Below, piece after piece: positions 32,521 through 43,374 of a stretch of DNA of 64,000 nt (positions within the stretch are counted from its first letter, which is position 1; every line of letters begins with the position of its first letter). The stretch is from assembly GCA_050298595.1 (NCBI GenBank), contig JBNKUM010000030.1, positions 34,723-98,722 on the forward strand, written 5' to 3'. This DNA comes from Gammaproteobacteria bacterium (lineage in GTDB: Bacteria > Pseudomonadota > Gammaproteobacteria > GCA-001735895). The notes under the pieces are model-generated. The model was not told where the DNA came from and did not search any database. It saw nothing but the letters and a program-made list of their open reading frames with translations. The translations under genes were made by a program, and so were the position numbers.

Positions 32521-33758
32521 TCTGAAATAGCGTTTGCTCTAGCCTGCTCTGGGTCGTCCAGCTTTAGCGAGAACGCCCCAGCGCAGACTACAAAAGCTGT
32601 CGATAACCATAGACAGCCCGTGAGTCCCCACAGTTGATATGACCAACCCGAAAGCACCGTGCCAACTAATCGACCACCTGCATTCGCCATGTAATAAAAA
32701 CCTACATTCATGGCCACCTTGTCATGGTCAGAATAGGCAAGGATGAGGTATGAATGAAGCGCTGAATTAATCGCAAATACAAAACCAAAAGCCGCAAGTC
32801 CAGTGATCAGAACATAAGTCGGGTCGAACCCAATCAGCAAAGCAGTGGCTATTCCTGCCGGGAAGGCAGCCAGCAAAAACACCCAGAACCGTGCTAAGTT
32901 GCTGCCGGGCGCAATATCAGAACGAGAAAAACCCATTAAGCCAGGGGCAACAGCTTGCACCAGGCCGTAGCCAATAACCCATATCGCTAGAAACGCACCT
33001 ACCTCCGCATGTGCCCAGCCCAGAGACGAGCCCAGGAAAACCGGTAAAGCCACTACAAACCAGACATCTCGTGACCCGAACAGAAAAAAACGTGCTGCCG
33101 AAAGCCAGTTGATGGCAGGGGTTTTAGAAAAAACCTGGCCGAATTTGGCTTTCTGTTTGCTGCGGCCAATATTGTCAGGCAACAACAAGAAGGTCACCAC
33201 AAGCAGAATGAAGAGTGCTGACGCGAGTATTAGCAATGCCATACGGAAACCAGCCATTGATAATAAAACCCCGCCCAGAAAAAAACCTGCGCCTTTCAGA
33301 GAGTTTTTCGACCCGGTTAGTACAGCAACCCATTTAAATAATCGATTTTCAGAATGTGCCAGCCCTGCTGGTAGCATCAATTTCACACTGGCCTTGGCGC
33401 TCATTTTATTCAGATCTTTAGCGATACCGGATAAAGCCTGTGCCGCCATCACATAAGCCACAGTCAAAAAGGCATCGGGCACCGTTAGCATTAGGAGAGC
33501 AACCACCTGCATCAACATTCCAATATGCATGGTTCGATTCAGACCGATGCGGGCACCCAACCAGCCACCGATCAGGTTGGTTACTACACCGAAAAACTCA
33601 TAGAACAGGAATAACATGGCGATTTGCAACGGGCTGTAACCAATCTGATGAAAGTACAGCACCACCAGCATACGAATCGCGCCATCGGTGATGGTAAATC
33701 CCCAATAGCCTGCCGTGATGACCAGATAACTGCGCAGGCCAGATTGAGTCGAATCCAT
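32517..33758 (-). CDS. arsJ: Organoarsenical efflux MFS transporter ArsJ
   Basis: YWGFTITDGAIRMLVVLYF, AQALSGIAKDLNKMSAK, LTGSKN, VGFYYMANAGGRL; adjacent to the GAPDH. Confidence 0.93.
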   Translation of the reverse strand: MDSTQSGLRSYLVITAGYWGFTITDGAIRMLVVLYFHQIGYSPLQIAMLFLFYEFFGVVTNLIGGWLGARIGLNRTMHIGMLMQVVALLMLTVPDAFLTVAYVMAAQALSGIAKDLNKMSAKASVKLMLPAGLAHSENRLFKWVAVLTGSKNSLKGAGFFLGGVLLSMAGFRMALLILASALFILLVVTFLLLPDNIGRSKQKAKFGQVFSKTPAINWLSAARFFLFGSRDVWFVVALPVFLGSSLGWAHAEVGAFLAIWVIGYGLVQAVAPGLMGFSRSDIAPGSNLARFWVFLLAAFPAGIATALLIGFDPTYVLITGLAAFGFVFAINSALHSYLILAYSDHDKVAMNVGFYYMANAGGRLVGTVLSGWSYQLWGLTGCLWLSTAFVVCAGAFSLKLDDPEQARANAISD

Positions 33759-34766
33759 TTACAGGGTACGCGCGATCATCTGGGCTATATCCATCATGCG
33801 GTTAACATATCCCCATTCGTTATCGTACCATGCGAGGATTTTTACCTGAGTGTCGTCGATAACCATGGTGGAAAGAGCATCAATAATCGAAGAACGCTCA
33901 TCCCCCTTATAATCAATCGAAACCAGAGGAAGTTCTTCGTAACCTAAAATGCCCTGTAGTTGAGATTTGGAAGCCTGTTTAAGCAGGGCATTCACTTCAT
34001 GCACAGACGTTTTACGCTCAGCCTCGAATACAAAATCAACCAGAGAAGCATTAAGCAAAGGTACCCGGACGGCCAGGCCGTTTAATTTACCTTCTAATTC
34101 GGGAAATATTTTGGTGATGGCTTTAGCAGAGCCCGTCGAGGTTGGAATCAGTGACTGGCTATTCGCACGTGCGCGACGTAAATCCTTATGCCCTTTATCT
34201 ATAATCGTCTGGGTATTGGTAATATCATGGATGGTTGTCATACAGCCATGTTTTATACCAATTTCTTCGTGCATCACTTTTACTACCGGCGCCAGGCAAT
34301 TGGTTGTACAGGAAGCAGCGGTAATGATGTGGTGTTTATCAGGGTGGTATAGATGGTGGTTTATCCCATAAACAATATTTAACGCTGGATCAGGTACTGG
34401 TGCTGATACCAGAACCTTCTTGATGCCCTGATTAAAATAGGAATGTAATAATTCGGGCGTTTTAAAGTGACCAGAACAATCGATCAATAAATCTATCTCT
34501 TTATCAGCCCAGTTAACCTCTTCAGGAAAAAAATGGGTGCTAAATCCAATAGTTTTGCCATGAATCGAAATACTATTTTCATCGAAAAAGATATTTTGAT
34601 CCCAGCGACCATGAACAGAATCAAATTCAAGCAAATGCGCGTGACAGGCCACATCTCCAATAATTTCATTGATATGCACAAACTCGAGATCAGGGCGATT
34701 CCAACCTGCTCTTAGTCCCAGTTTGCCCATACGACCAAAGCCATTAATACCGATACGTATCGTCAT
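33759..34766 (-). CDS. gap: ArsJ-associated glyceraldehyde-3-phosphate dehydrogenase
   Basis: [39 protein letters not shown]; directly upstream of arsJ. Confidence 0.93.
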   Translation of the reverse strand: MTIRIGINGFGRMGKLGLRAGWNRPDLEFVHINEIIGDVACHAHLLEFDSVHGRWDQNIFFDENSISIHGKTIGFSTHFFPEEVNWADKEIDLLIDCSGHFKTPELLHSYFNQGIKKVLVSAPVPDPALNIVYGINHHLYHPDKHHIITAASCTTNCLAPVVKVMHEEIGIKHGCMTTIHDITNTQTIIDKGHKDLRRARANSQSLIPTSTGSAKAITKIFPELEGKLNGLAVRVPLLNASLVDFVFEAERKTSVHEVNALLKQASKSQLQGILGYEELPLVSIDYKGDERSSIIDALSTMVIDDTQVKILAWYDNEWGYVNRMMDIAQMIARTL

Positions 34767-34883
34767 AAATCCGCCTGAAAAGTAAACAACTTTACTGTTT
34801 AATTATGAAAATTTGGTTACATGATACAATAGCTCGTATTTAGATTGGCTTTTAAATAAATATTACTTCTATTACAGATACTT

Positions 34884-35372
34884 ATGAGTAAAACCTTAGT
34901 CAAAGCTTTAACTGATAAACAGGAATGTAGTGATGCAATCCAGCACCTGGTCGATAACGCTGATCGACATATTGCAATCTTCAGCCAGCAACTGGAACCA
35001 CTTCTTTATAACCATCAGGACGTGTGTGAAAAAATGGCGCAACTGGCGCGTAAAAACAGGCATAGCCTGATTCGAATCATTGCACAGCAAACGCGTTCAA
35101 TAACATCTGAAGGGCATTGCCTGATTCATCTGGCGCAAAGACTGTCCAGTTATGTGCAAATCCGCACACCGAACACTCCCGAACTGCAAAGATTTAACCA
35201 AAGCTGGTTGATTATAGACAATCATTCGATCTGTGAAATCAGCAATCCTGAGCGCTATGAAGGAAAGCTGATCGAAGATGACCCTAAATATGTAAAAACC
35301 CAGCTAGAATTTTTTGACCATGCCTGGGAAAACAGTGACCCTGATATTCACAGCAGGCGCTTAGGTATCTAA
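34884..35372 (+). CDS. Conserved hypothetical protein of the type usually paired or fused with the ElaA-like GNAT after purB-roxA
   Basis: IFSQQLEPLLY, HCLIHLAQRLSSYVQIR, FFDHAWENSDPDIHSRRLGI; family recalled from memory. Confidence 0.7.
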   Translation: MSKTLVKALTDKQECSDAIQHLVDNADRHIAIFSQQLEPLLYNHQDVCEKMAQLARKNRHSLIRIIAQQTRSITSEGHCLIHLAQRLSSYVQIRTPNTPELQRFNQSWLIIDNHSICEISNPERYEGKLIEDDPKYVKTQLEFFDHAWENSDPDIHSRRLGI

Positions 35373-36830
35373 GTCAGTTCTGATCAACAGCTGTTGCGCC
35401 TGTTGCTCAAGAAATTCCACCACCGCTTTTATATCGTGCTTACGCGTTCGATGATTGGTAATAGAGGCTCGAATAACTCTATATTCATTCCAGTGCGTCA
35501 GCGAAAACACGGCATCTCCAGATAACTGCAAACGAGTTACAATCTCTTCACAGTACTGATTATTCAACGCAACATCCTGTTCCTGCTTAAGCCTGAAAGT
35601 CACGATATTAGAAACTGGTTTTTCAATAATCTGAAAACTTGTCGATTGATTGATACATTCGGCCAGGTATTGTGCTAACTCGCAATTTTGCTGGATCGCT
35701 TCACCCAGTTTTTTTAAGCCATATGTTTTAATCGAAAACCACACCTTAAGCGCCCTGAACGAGCGAGAAAGCTCCAGCCCAAAATCACATAACCACGGAT
35801 CACCACCGGCAAGAGCTCGCCCCTGCCTGGCAATATAACTGGGTCTGACGGTAAACAAATCCTGCTGAAATTCTCCGTGTTTAACCAGTAATGCGCCGCA
35901 GTCATACTGAACGTACATAAGCTTATGAAAATCAAAAGCCAGTGAATCCGCCAGGTTGATATGATCGGTTAACTGTCGATAAGGTTGATCAGCTAATCTT
36001 AACCACGAACCAAAAGCCCCATCCACATGCATCCAGCAATGGTATTCGTCACATAAGTTTCGGATTGCTGCAAAATCATCGAATGCCCCCGTGTTTACCG
36101 TGCCTGCATTAGCAATCACCATAAAGGGTTCAAACCCATCTTCAATATCGCGTTGAATTTGTTGTTCTAACGCCTGCAGTGAAATACGATGATGGCCATC
36201 GGTAGCTACTGCGATGAGGTTATCAGTACCTATACCGCAGGCATGAATAGCTTTGATAATAGAACTATGCCCTTCGATAGAGGTGTAACAACGTAGCGCC
36301 TTTGGCAAGCCAAAAAGGCCTTTTTGTTTATATTCCAGCCCCACTTTTTTGTACATAGCCAGCTGCATAGCAAGGTGGGTTGATGCTGAAGTCCCAGAAG
36401 TAAGCAACCCTGCGGCCTGATTCTCGAAACCGAATATCTGCTTGCACCATTGCATCACCAGTCTTTCGACATAGATAGCAGCGTGTTCTCGCCCACCGCA
36501 GTTAGAATTCATTGCTGCAGTAGCAAATTCAGCCATTAAGGCTGGAACTGTGCCGCTGCCCTGTACCCAGCCAAAAAAACGGGGGTGGGTATTACCAGCT
36601 CTATAGGGACGGATATGTTGCCGATAACTATCAATAACTTGAGAAATGTCCAAACCTTCAACAGGAAGCGAGTCATGCTGAAGAAAATCCCGGGAATCTT
36701 TACTCAGTGGCTGCCAAACGGATGAGTGCAGGCTTTCGCCCAGCTCTTTATATTCATCTTCGACAAACCGAGAAAGGAAGGCACTGAATTCATCCCAGTT
36801 TACAGGATCGAGACCATCAACAAAATTCAT
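35361..36830 (-). CDS. Group II PLP-dependent amino-acid decarboxylase
   Basis: HPRFFGW, TSGTS, AGTVNTGAFD, WMHVDGAFG, DSLAFDFHK (PLP lysine), SRSFRALKVW. Confidence 0.9.
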   Translation of the reverse strand: MNFVDGLDPVNWDEFSAFLSRFVEDEYKELGESLHSSVWQPLSKDSRDFLQHDSLPVEGLDISQVIDSYRQHIRPYRAGNTHPRFFGWVQGSGTVPALMAEFATAAMNSNCGGREHAAIYVERLVMQWCKQIFGFENQAAGLLTSGTSASTHLAMQLAMYKKVGLEYKQKGLFGLPKALRCYTSIEGHSSIIKAIHACGIGTDNLIAVATDGHHRISLQALEQQIQRDIEDGFEPFMVIANAGTVNTGAFDDFAAIRNLCDEYHCWMHVDGAFGSWLRLADQPYRQLTDHINLADSLAFDFHKLMYVQYDCGALLVKHGEFQQDLFTVRPSYIARQGRALAGGDPWLCDFGLELSRSFRALKVWFSIKTYGLKKLGEAIQQNCELAQYLAECINQSTSFQIIEKPVSNIVTFRLKQEQDVALNNQYCEEIVTRLQLSGDAVFSLTHWNEYRVIRASITNHRTRKHDIKAVVEFLEQQAQQLLIRTDLDT

Positions 36831-36891
36831 ACAGTAGTGACTAGCTGGTTAAAATAAAAAGACCAGCGATTATATCAGTACCTTTAAGTGC

Positions 36892-37527
36892 TTATTCAGT
36901 TTTGTATCGCCAGCTCAGAAAAGCAATTAACACCACAAAACTGAATAAAAAGTAGAACAACATAAGATCATTAACATAATGAGTTGATACCTTAAGATCA
37001 GTTATTGGGTAGATAATTTCAACTACACCAGCAACCTGTCCGGGCTTCGAATTTTCATGACACTCCTGACATGTTTCTCGAAATTTTGCGGGGTAAAGGA
37101 AACGTACACGACTATCCCTGGAAAACATGTTCTCCTGCCCTGTTTTAAATACATCAAAGATTGCCAGATCATTCTGGCGTCTGAGCATATCTACTTTTAT
37201 TTCACCATATTTTTCTGCGACTACAGGTCCTCTGATAACTGAAATCAACATGCCGGGGCCAGTATCCCTCATTCGCCTGGCCGCATTTTCAATACCTTCT
37301 ACGCCCTGACCTGCCAACATAGCGGTATACATAGATTCAAAGACCATTTGAGAGATATGATGAATTTCATCCCTGGATATATCCTCGTAGGCATGATTTT
37401 TCATTAAAGTGGAAAACAGGAAATACAGGGCAATGGACAAAACGGCGTATACGATTCCCACCTTGATCAACAAATGCTGGAATTTTCTGGTTTTATTCAT
37501 GGCCTGACTCATATTATTCTTTTTCAT
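36892..37527 (-). CDS. Membrane-anchored c-type heme (CXXCH) sensor-like domain with no output domain
   Basis: TM - periplasmic domain with CQECH..GQVAGV - TM; stop follows the second TM. Confidence 0.75.
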   Translation of the reverse strand: MKKNNMSQAMNKTRKFQHLLIKVGIVYAVLSIALYFLFSTLMKNHAYEDISRDEIHHISQMVFESMYTAMLAGQGVEGIENAARRMRDTGPGMLISVIRGPVVAEKYGEIKVDMLRRQNDLAIFDVFKTGQENMFSRDSRVRFLYPAKFRETCQECHENSKPGQVAGVVEIIYPITDLKVSTHYVNDLMLFYFLFSFVVLIAFLSWRYKTE

Positions 37528-37875
37528 TTTTGTCGTTATCCATAGCTTATCCCTTTAGCCTTTTTATATAACTTTACTGAGCATGTAAATAAATTATTGT
37601 GATGTTTTGCCCTTTAATGCTCTGGATCAATATTAATCAAACGCTATTTGCGAGTGACTTACTGCAGGCATCATCGAGAAGCGTTACGGCCTGGATTTAT
37701 CTATGCCGAGATGCATGCTGATGGCGGTGAGCCAGGTCGAGTTGAGCGGGTGCAAGAAAAGGTGCCAATGAAGCGCGGCGGACAAGCTGAAGAAGTCGAA
37801 TTCTATAGTTACGGTCCGATGAAGCAAGTTATTCTACTGGAAGCTTTTTTAGATATAACTGGGGGAAAGTGTTGT

Positions 37876-39804
37876 TTATAAACTACCAGCAAAGATTAAC
37901 GCCTTTTCTCTTTGAGTTGTAAGCTGCATGTCCGGCAAACTGCCCAACATATTCTTGCCATAGGACTTTGTAGTTAGCCGATTGTCAGCAATCATCACCA
38001 TGCCTCGGTCATTGATATCACGTATCAGTCGACCTACCCCCTGACGTAACGCGATGATGGCTTCGGGTATCTGAACATCATTGAAGGCATTGCCGCCCTG
38101 TTCTGAAACCTTTTGCAATCGTCGCTTGTAAACCGGGTCTCCAGGTGATTTAAAAGGCAATTTATCGATAATAACCAGTTTCAGATGATCACCTTTAACA
38201 TCTACACCTTCCCAGAAACTACTGGTACCCAGCAGAATGGCATTGGGTGCTTTCAGGTAAGCCTGCAGTAATTCGCTACGTTGCATTTCACCCTGAATAA
38301 ATAACGGATAGCGCATCCTTTTTCGCAACATATTAGCGGTCAGTGTTAGCATGCGATAGCTAGTAAATAGAATAAAACAATTACCTTCAGTTGCATTAAT
38401 CAAAGTGCAACATTCTTCAATGAATACGTTCAGAAAATTATCATCAGATGGTTCTGGCATATTCTCAGGCAGATACAACATGGCCTGATTTTGATAGTTG
38501 AAGGGACTATCAAAACTGGCGCATTGAATATCCGCGATCCCCAATCGCCTGGTGAAATAGTCAAAAGAATGGTTAGAACTCAAGGTAGCTGAGGTGAAAA
38601 ACACTGATTTAATAGCGCTACTAATAAGTTGATGGCTAAATTCGTCAGCAATTTCAATGGGAGAAATCATCAAACGAAAGCTATGCTCATTCCATTCATA
38701 CCAGCTCACAGAATTATTATTTTCCAGTTCGAAGTCTGCCAGAGACTGACGGAAGGTCTCCAGTCTTGCATAGCATGCAGCCAGCTCCTTACCTCGGGGT
38801 TTCAATTCTTCGAGTTTTTTCGAGAGCTGTTGAATCTCTTCCTGCATGGTTTCTATGGCTTTGCGGATCTCAGGCGCATTCTTGATATGCCGCCATTCAC
38901 CACGCGATGTAAACTTACCCAGTAATAGTCGAAAGTCTGCCATCAAGGTTTTATTTTTGTCACATAAGGGCTGGATGTCAGCGCTATCACGGGCTTCCTT
39001 GACCTGCGCTTCTGTAATCTCCCGCATTAACATATCGAACTGACGCATTGTAATACTGCGACCAAAAAAATGACTCGCGATATCTGGCAGTTGATGAGCT
39101 TCATCAAAAATCAATACATCCACATCGGGTAGCAATTCTCCAAAGCCTTCTTCGCGTAGTGCCTGATCGGAAAAAAACAGATGATGATTGATCACCACAA
39201 CATCGGCATCCATGGCTTTGCGACGTGCCCTGGTGACAAAGCACTGGGAAAATTCAGGGCATTCGCTACCCAGGCAATTATCGGCATTTGAGGTGGCATA
39301 AAACCACAGGCTGTCATTTTCGGGTATATCTGCGAATTCTGTAATATCTCCAGTTAGCGAGGTTTGTGACCAGTCAGCCAGGGCATCAAATACTCCGGCT
39401 AACTGTCGTGTCTGAAAACGGCGCTGTTGACGGTATTTATTGATACGATGCGGGCAACAATAATTACTGCGGCCCTTTAATAATGCAAGCTGCTTGCCCG
39501 ACACTATTGTTTTATTGATTAGCGGAATATCCTTTTTAAACAGTTGATCCTGCAGGTTTTTGGTACCGGTTGAGATCAGAATTTTGTGTGCTGACAAAAA
39601 TGCCGGCACCAGATAAGCAAAGGATTTGCCGATGCCAGTACTGGCTTCAATCACGTGGCTTTCACCAGCTTTGATACAACGCATGATCAGCTTAGCCATA
39701 TTTAATTGGCTATCGCGTGTCTGATACCCATCGATGTATTGTTGCAGTATGCCCTGTTCGCCCAGCACATCTTCAACTTCGAGTTCTGAAGCCAGCTTTA
39801 CCAT
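37876..39804 (-). CDS. yoaA: DinG-family ATP-dependent DNA helicase
   Basis: EASTGIGKS, KGRSNYCC, Fe-S cysteines, DEAH, SATL, FWEGVD, QGVGRLIR. Confidence 0.92.
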   Translation of the reverse strand: MVKLASELEVEDVLGEQGILQQYIDGYQTRDSQLNMAKLIMRCIKAGESHVIEASTGIGKSFAYLVPAFLSAHKILISTGTKNLQDQLFKKDIPLINKTIVSGKQLALLKGRSNYCCPHRINKYRQQRRFQTRQLAGVFDALADWSQTSLTGDITEFADIPENDSLWFYATSNADNCLGSECPEFSQCFVTRARRKAMDADVVVINHHLFFSDQALREEGFGELLPDVDVLIFDEAHQLPDIASHFFGRSITMRQFDMLMREITEAQVKEARDSADIQPLCDKNKTLMADFRLLLGKFTSRGEWRHIKNAPEIRKAIETMQEEIQQLSKKLEELKPRGKELAACYARLETFRQSLADFELENNNSVSWYEWNEHSFRLMISPIEIADEFSHQLISSAIKSVFFTSATLSSNHSFDYFTRRLGIADIQCASFDSPFNYQNQAMLYLPENMPEPSDDNFLNVFIEECCTLINATEGNCFILFTSYRMLTLTANMLRKRMRYPLFIQGEMQRSELLQAYLKAPNAILLGTSSFWEGVDVKGDHLKLVIIDKLPFKSPGDPVYKRRLQKVSEQGGNAFNDVQIPEAIIALRQGVGRLIRDINDRGMVMIADNRLTTKSYGKNMLGSLPDMQLTTQREKALIFAGSL

Positions 39805-39829
39805 GGGTTGTTGTTACTCGTAGAAAAAT

Positions 39830-40213
39830 TCAAGGAGAACACTGCTCAAGCAGTATCTTGTTTGCTCGTTGTAGATCAGCGTCAAACTGGCTGTAGGCTA
39901 TGGCACGTTGAATCATATCCCGACAACGTGGAAAATCCTTTTTATGCCAATAGTTCTGGGCCAGGTAATGCCAGTTTAGAGCATTGCGAGGGGCAATCTT
40001 AACCGCTCTTTGCAGGTACTCGATTGCTGAATCATATTGCTGCTGGTTCATTAACTTGAGAGCCTGCATTTGCAGACTGTTTAAAGTTTTTTGCTGTACC
40101 TTGCTACTATCGTGTTGATGGTATTGATCGGTTTCAAAAACCGGTTTTGGCGTCGTGCATCCAGCTAATAATGCCAGAGCAACCAGTAATATTAGAATTG
40201 ATCTTGTAACCAA
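39830..40213 (-). CDS. TPR lipoprotein, probable PBP1B activator (LpoP-like)
   Basis: Lipobox LAGC, TPR segment (AIEYLQRAVKIAPRNALNWHYLA); overlaps the 3' end of mrcB. Confidence 0.75.
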   Translation of the reverse strand: MVTRSILILLVALALLAGCTTPKPVFETDQYHQHDSSKVQQKTLNSLQMQALKLMNQQQYDSAIEYLQRAVKIAPRNALNWHYLAQNYWHKKDFPRCRDMIQRAIAYSQFDADLQRANKILLEQCSP

Positions 40214-42501
40214 CGTATTCCCCGATCTATAAAATCTTGTTTACATTCGCTGCTGAAATCAGGCTGCTTTCCTTTCTCAAAAGGCAATAGTGCCGTAGAT
40301 TCACAACCCTTTTTCGTTTTACCACCTTTTATTTCATCGACATAGATCCACTCAAGTTCAGGATCTGGCGATAACTTAAGAGAACTATCATCTACCTTGT
40401 TCATAATATCGGCCCAAACGCGCAAAGCGCCGGACGAACCGGTTAATCCTATGGGATGATTTTCATCATTGCCCAGCCATACTACCGTTAAATAACGGTT
40501 AGCAAAACCGGCAAACCAGGAATCTCTCAAATCGTTGGTGGTTCCCGTTTTTCCGGCAAAGGTTTTTTCTGCAAAACGATTTTTCAGATAACGTGCAGTT
40601 CCCTCTTCGGTTACACCAATCATAGCTCTCTGCAGCTGTATCATCTCGCGTCGATCAAATACCTCCTGCGAAGAAAGTGGAATACGCGTCAGCAACTGAA
40701 AGTGATCATCAGTTACTTCACGTATGGTAGTGAGTGGAGAAAAATAGCCAGAGTTAGCGATTACCTGATACATCTGGGCAACTTCATAAGGCGTTAACTG
40801 TATAGCGCCCAACAGCATAGAAGGATAGATCACGCTTTGTTTCTGTAAATGAATCTTCTCAAGATGTTCGGTCAATGTTTGCAGGGCGCCGCTTTCCACG
40901 CCAAGATTCACGAATGGCAGGTTATAGGAATGGATAAAAGCATTATATAAAGTCATCTTGCCATGTAATTTTTTGTCGTAATTTTGCGGTGCCCAAATCT
41001 GGCCATCAGACTGTTTAATGCGAATTGGTCGGTCTTCAACCAGTGTTGCCAGAGAATTCCCTGATTTCAAAAGCCCATAAAGCAACATGGGTTTGATCAG
41101 GGAACCAACAGGTCGTTGAGCCATGACTGCTCGATTGTAGCCGGGATAATCGGTATCTCGATCACCCACCAGAGCAACTAGATCACCGCTTAAATAATCA
41201 GCCATGATGACGGCGGATTGAATCTCCTTGTTTTTGAAACGGTCAAGACCATGCTGCAAGCCCTTTTCCAACTGCTGCTGACGCAAAGGGTCAAAGGCTG
41301 TGAAAATATTCAACCCCTTATTGGATAAATCCTGCGCTGAATAATTACTATTGAGTTGTTTTTTTACCAGATCGAGATAGGCAGGAAAACGATTCACCGT
41401 AGGCAGTCGTTTAATCACACCAAGCGGTCTATTGGAAAGGTGCTCATATTCCGTTTGCGTAATCTGTCCATCTGATAGCAAAACCTTAAGCACCTGATTG
41501 CGCCTTTTAAGCGCATTTTCGGGATTGGCTATTGGATTATATAAAGAAGGTCCTTTTACCATCCCGACTAACAGCGCAAGACGATCAGTGCTAAGGTCTG
41601 TTAAGGGCTGTTTAAATAACAGCTTACTGGCCAGTTCAAAGCCATGTACCGAGGTATTCTTCTGCTGCAAAAGAAATACTTCATTGATATAAGCAGTCAA
41701 TATCGTTTTTTTGTCGAAACGAAATTCGAGCATCAAAGACAATAAGGCTTCGTTGATCTTACGGACCAGAGATCGTTCTGGAGTTAAAAACAGGTTTTTC
41801 GCCAGTTGCTGGGTCAATGTACTTCCACCCTGCACGGTTTTTCCCGCTCTAATATTCGCCACTAAGGCACGCACTATAGAAAGTGGATTGACCCCAAAAT
41901 GACTGAAAAACAAACGGTCTTCAACCGCCAGCAGAATATCCACTAATTCATCAGGTATTTGATCCTCATCGACCACCAGCCGATCTTCCCCATTGCTGGG
42001 TATGTAACTACCAATTAAAGCTGGGGTCAGCTGATAAAAATCAAGTAGCTGCGCTGTATCCAGATTTTTAACTTCACTTACCTGCTCGTCATTGAATCGG
42101 ATCCGCATATGATTCTGCGGCTGTGGCTCAGCCTTGCCAGGTAGCTGGAAGGGTTTGGCAAAAAGCTCGATGATAGAACCTGACCTGGAAAACTGGCCTA
42201 CCGCTACAACCTTTTTGACTGGTTTGTAATCAGCCAGTCTCAATTCAGACATGAGCTGTTCAGGGCTAAGTTTCAAACCCGCATAAAGTTCGAGTGGACG
42301 TGCATACACACGTGAGGGTTTTGCCCAGGTATCTCCATCGAATCGTTGCTGAATAAACCGGTTCAGGTACCAGCTATAGGCAATCAGTATTACAGTAAAT
42401 ATCAGCAACAATCCCAGCAGGATTTTTTTCCAGCTAAAAGATGAGATTTTTTTTGGCTTTGAGCGCTTGCCAGATGATTTCTTTTTACGAACTTTTGTCA
42501 T
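40192..42501 (-). CDS. mrcB: Penicillin-binding protein 1B
   Basis: UB2H region, EDRLFFSHFG, QGGSTLTQQLAKN, GSLIKP, SYN, KTGT. Confidence 0.95.
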   Translation of the reverse strand: MTKVRKKKSSGKRSKPKKISSFSWKKILLGLLLIFTVILIAYSWYLNRFIQQRFDGDTWAKPSRVYARPLELYAGLKLSPEQLMSELRLADYKPVKKVVAVGQFSRSGSIIELFAKPFQLPGKAEPQPQNHMRIRFNDEQVSEVKNLDTAQLLDFYQLTPALIGSYIPSNGEDRLVVDEDQIPDELVDILLAVEDRLFFSHFGVNPLSIVRALVANIRAGKTVQGGSTLTQQLAKNLFLTPERSLVRKINEALLSLMLEFRFDKKTILTAYINEVFLLQQKNTSVHGFELASKLLFKQPLTDLSTDRLALLVGMVKGPSLYNPIANPENALKRRNQVLKVLLSDGQITQTEYEHLSNRPLGVIKRLPTVNRFPAYLDLVKKQLNSNYSAQDLSNKGLNIFTAFDPLRQQQLEKGLQHGLDRFKNKEIQSAVIMADYLSGDLVALVGDRDTDYPGYNRAVMAQRPVGSLIKPMLLYGLLKSGNSLATLVEDRPIRIKQSDGQIWAPQNYDKKLHGKMTLYNAFIHSYNLPFVNLGVESGALQTLTEHLEKIHLQKQSVIYPSMLLGAIQLTPYEVAQMYQVIANSGYFSPLTTIREVTDDHFQLLTRIPLSSQEVFDRREMIQLQRAMIGVTEEGTARYLKNRFAEKTFAGKTGTTNDLRDSWFAGFANRYLTVVWLGNDENHPIGLTGSSGALRVWADIMNKVDDSSLKLSPDPELEWIYVDEIKGGKTKKGCESTALLPFEKGKQPDFSSECKQDFIDRGIRWLQDQF

Positions 42502-42549
42502 TGAAACTTATGTTAGACTCTGCGGATTTTAAAGGCTGGATTAGTTAAG

Positions 42550-43347
42550 ATGTGGGTTGTACGAATTATAACTTTTTTAATACTGTATTACACATTCAAT
42601 GTTTCTGCAGATTTAAGCATTCGCTACGATATTGTTAAACCTGGTAAACATCTTCCCTATCACTCAATATTGATAAAACGCGATCTTGTACGTATCAATC
42701 AGGATAGTGATCAGGCGAATGCCATTTTGCTTAACCTGCGTACTGGAGATATTGCCCAGTTGCATAACCCAACATCACGCTACTTTGAGATTAATGCCCA
42801 AACCATCGATCAATACATCGGCTTTTATAAACAAAATAAAACCCTGCTACAGGGTTTAATTGACCAGGGAATGGCTCAGCTCGATCCCCAGCAACGGAAT
42901 CAGCTACAACAGTTTCTCGACCAGTATAAAAAGCCAGCAACTGCTGAACATTTTGATATTAAGGTAACCAAACGCATACGACAGGTGTTAGGCGTGGACT
43001 GCATGGTTATTGCTGTATTTGAACAGAATAAGCTGCAAAGTGAAGTCTGTATGTCTGGTTACCAACAGCTGGGTTTGCATGCGGACAATATCAACAGCCT
43101 GGAGTTGCTGAGAAAATTCATTCAGCAATTTAAACAATCTGCCCCCAAACAACATCAGCAGTTATTCGAATTGATAGCACTTCCTGGTAAGCGAACTAAT
43201 GGCATACCCATGCAGATTGTAAGTTATCGAGCAGATGGAAAAGTAGCTAATATCATCCAGGCGGGTGCCATTTCATTAAAACCTGTACCCGAACAGGCCT
43301 ATCGTATACCGCCCGGTTTCCAGCCCAACAGCGTCCCCGTGCTGTAG
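42550..43347 (+). CDS. Secreted hypothetical protein (DUF4412-like)
   Basis: Signal peptide, VLGVDC segment and C-terminal YRIPPGF typical of DUF4412-like proteins. Confidence 0.65.
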   Translation: MWVVRIITFLILYYTFNVSADLSIRYDIVKPGKHLPYHSILIKRDLVRINQDSDQANAILLNLRTGDIAQLHNPTSRYFEINAQTIDQYIGFYKQNKTLLQGLIDQGMAQLDPQQRNQLQQFLDQYKKPATAEHFDIKVTKRIRQVLGVDCMVIAVFEQNKLQSEVCMSGYQQLGLHADNINSLELLRKFIQQFKQSAPKQHQQLFELIALPGKRTNGIPMQIVSYRADGKVANIIQAGAISLKPVPEQAYRIPPGFQPNSVPVL

Positions 43348-43374
43348 ACCCTGTTGAGCTTCAGTTAAAACTCT

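Noticed and set aside
37648-37881. 77-aa ORF downstream of yoaA
   Set aside because: TTG start, no RBS, no recognisable motif; could be a decayed gene but unsupported.
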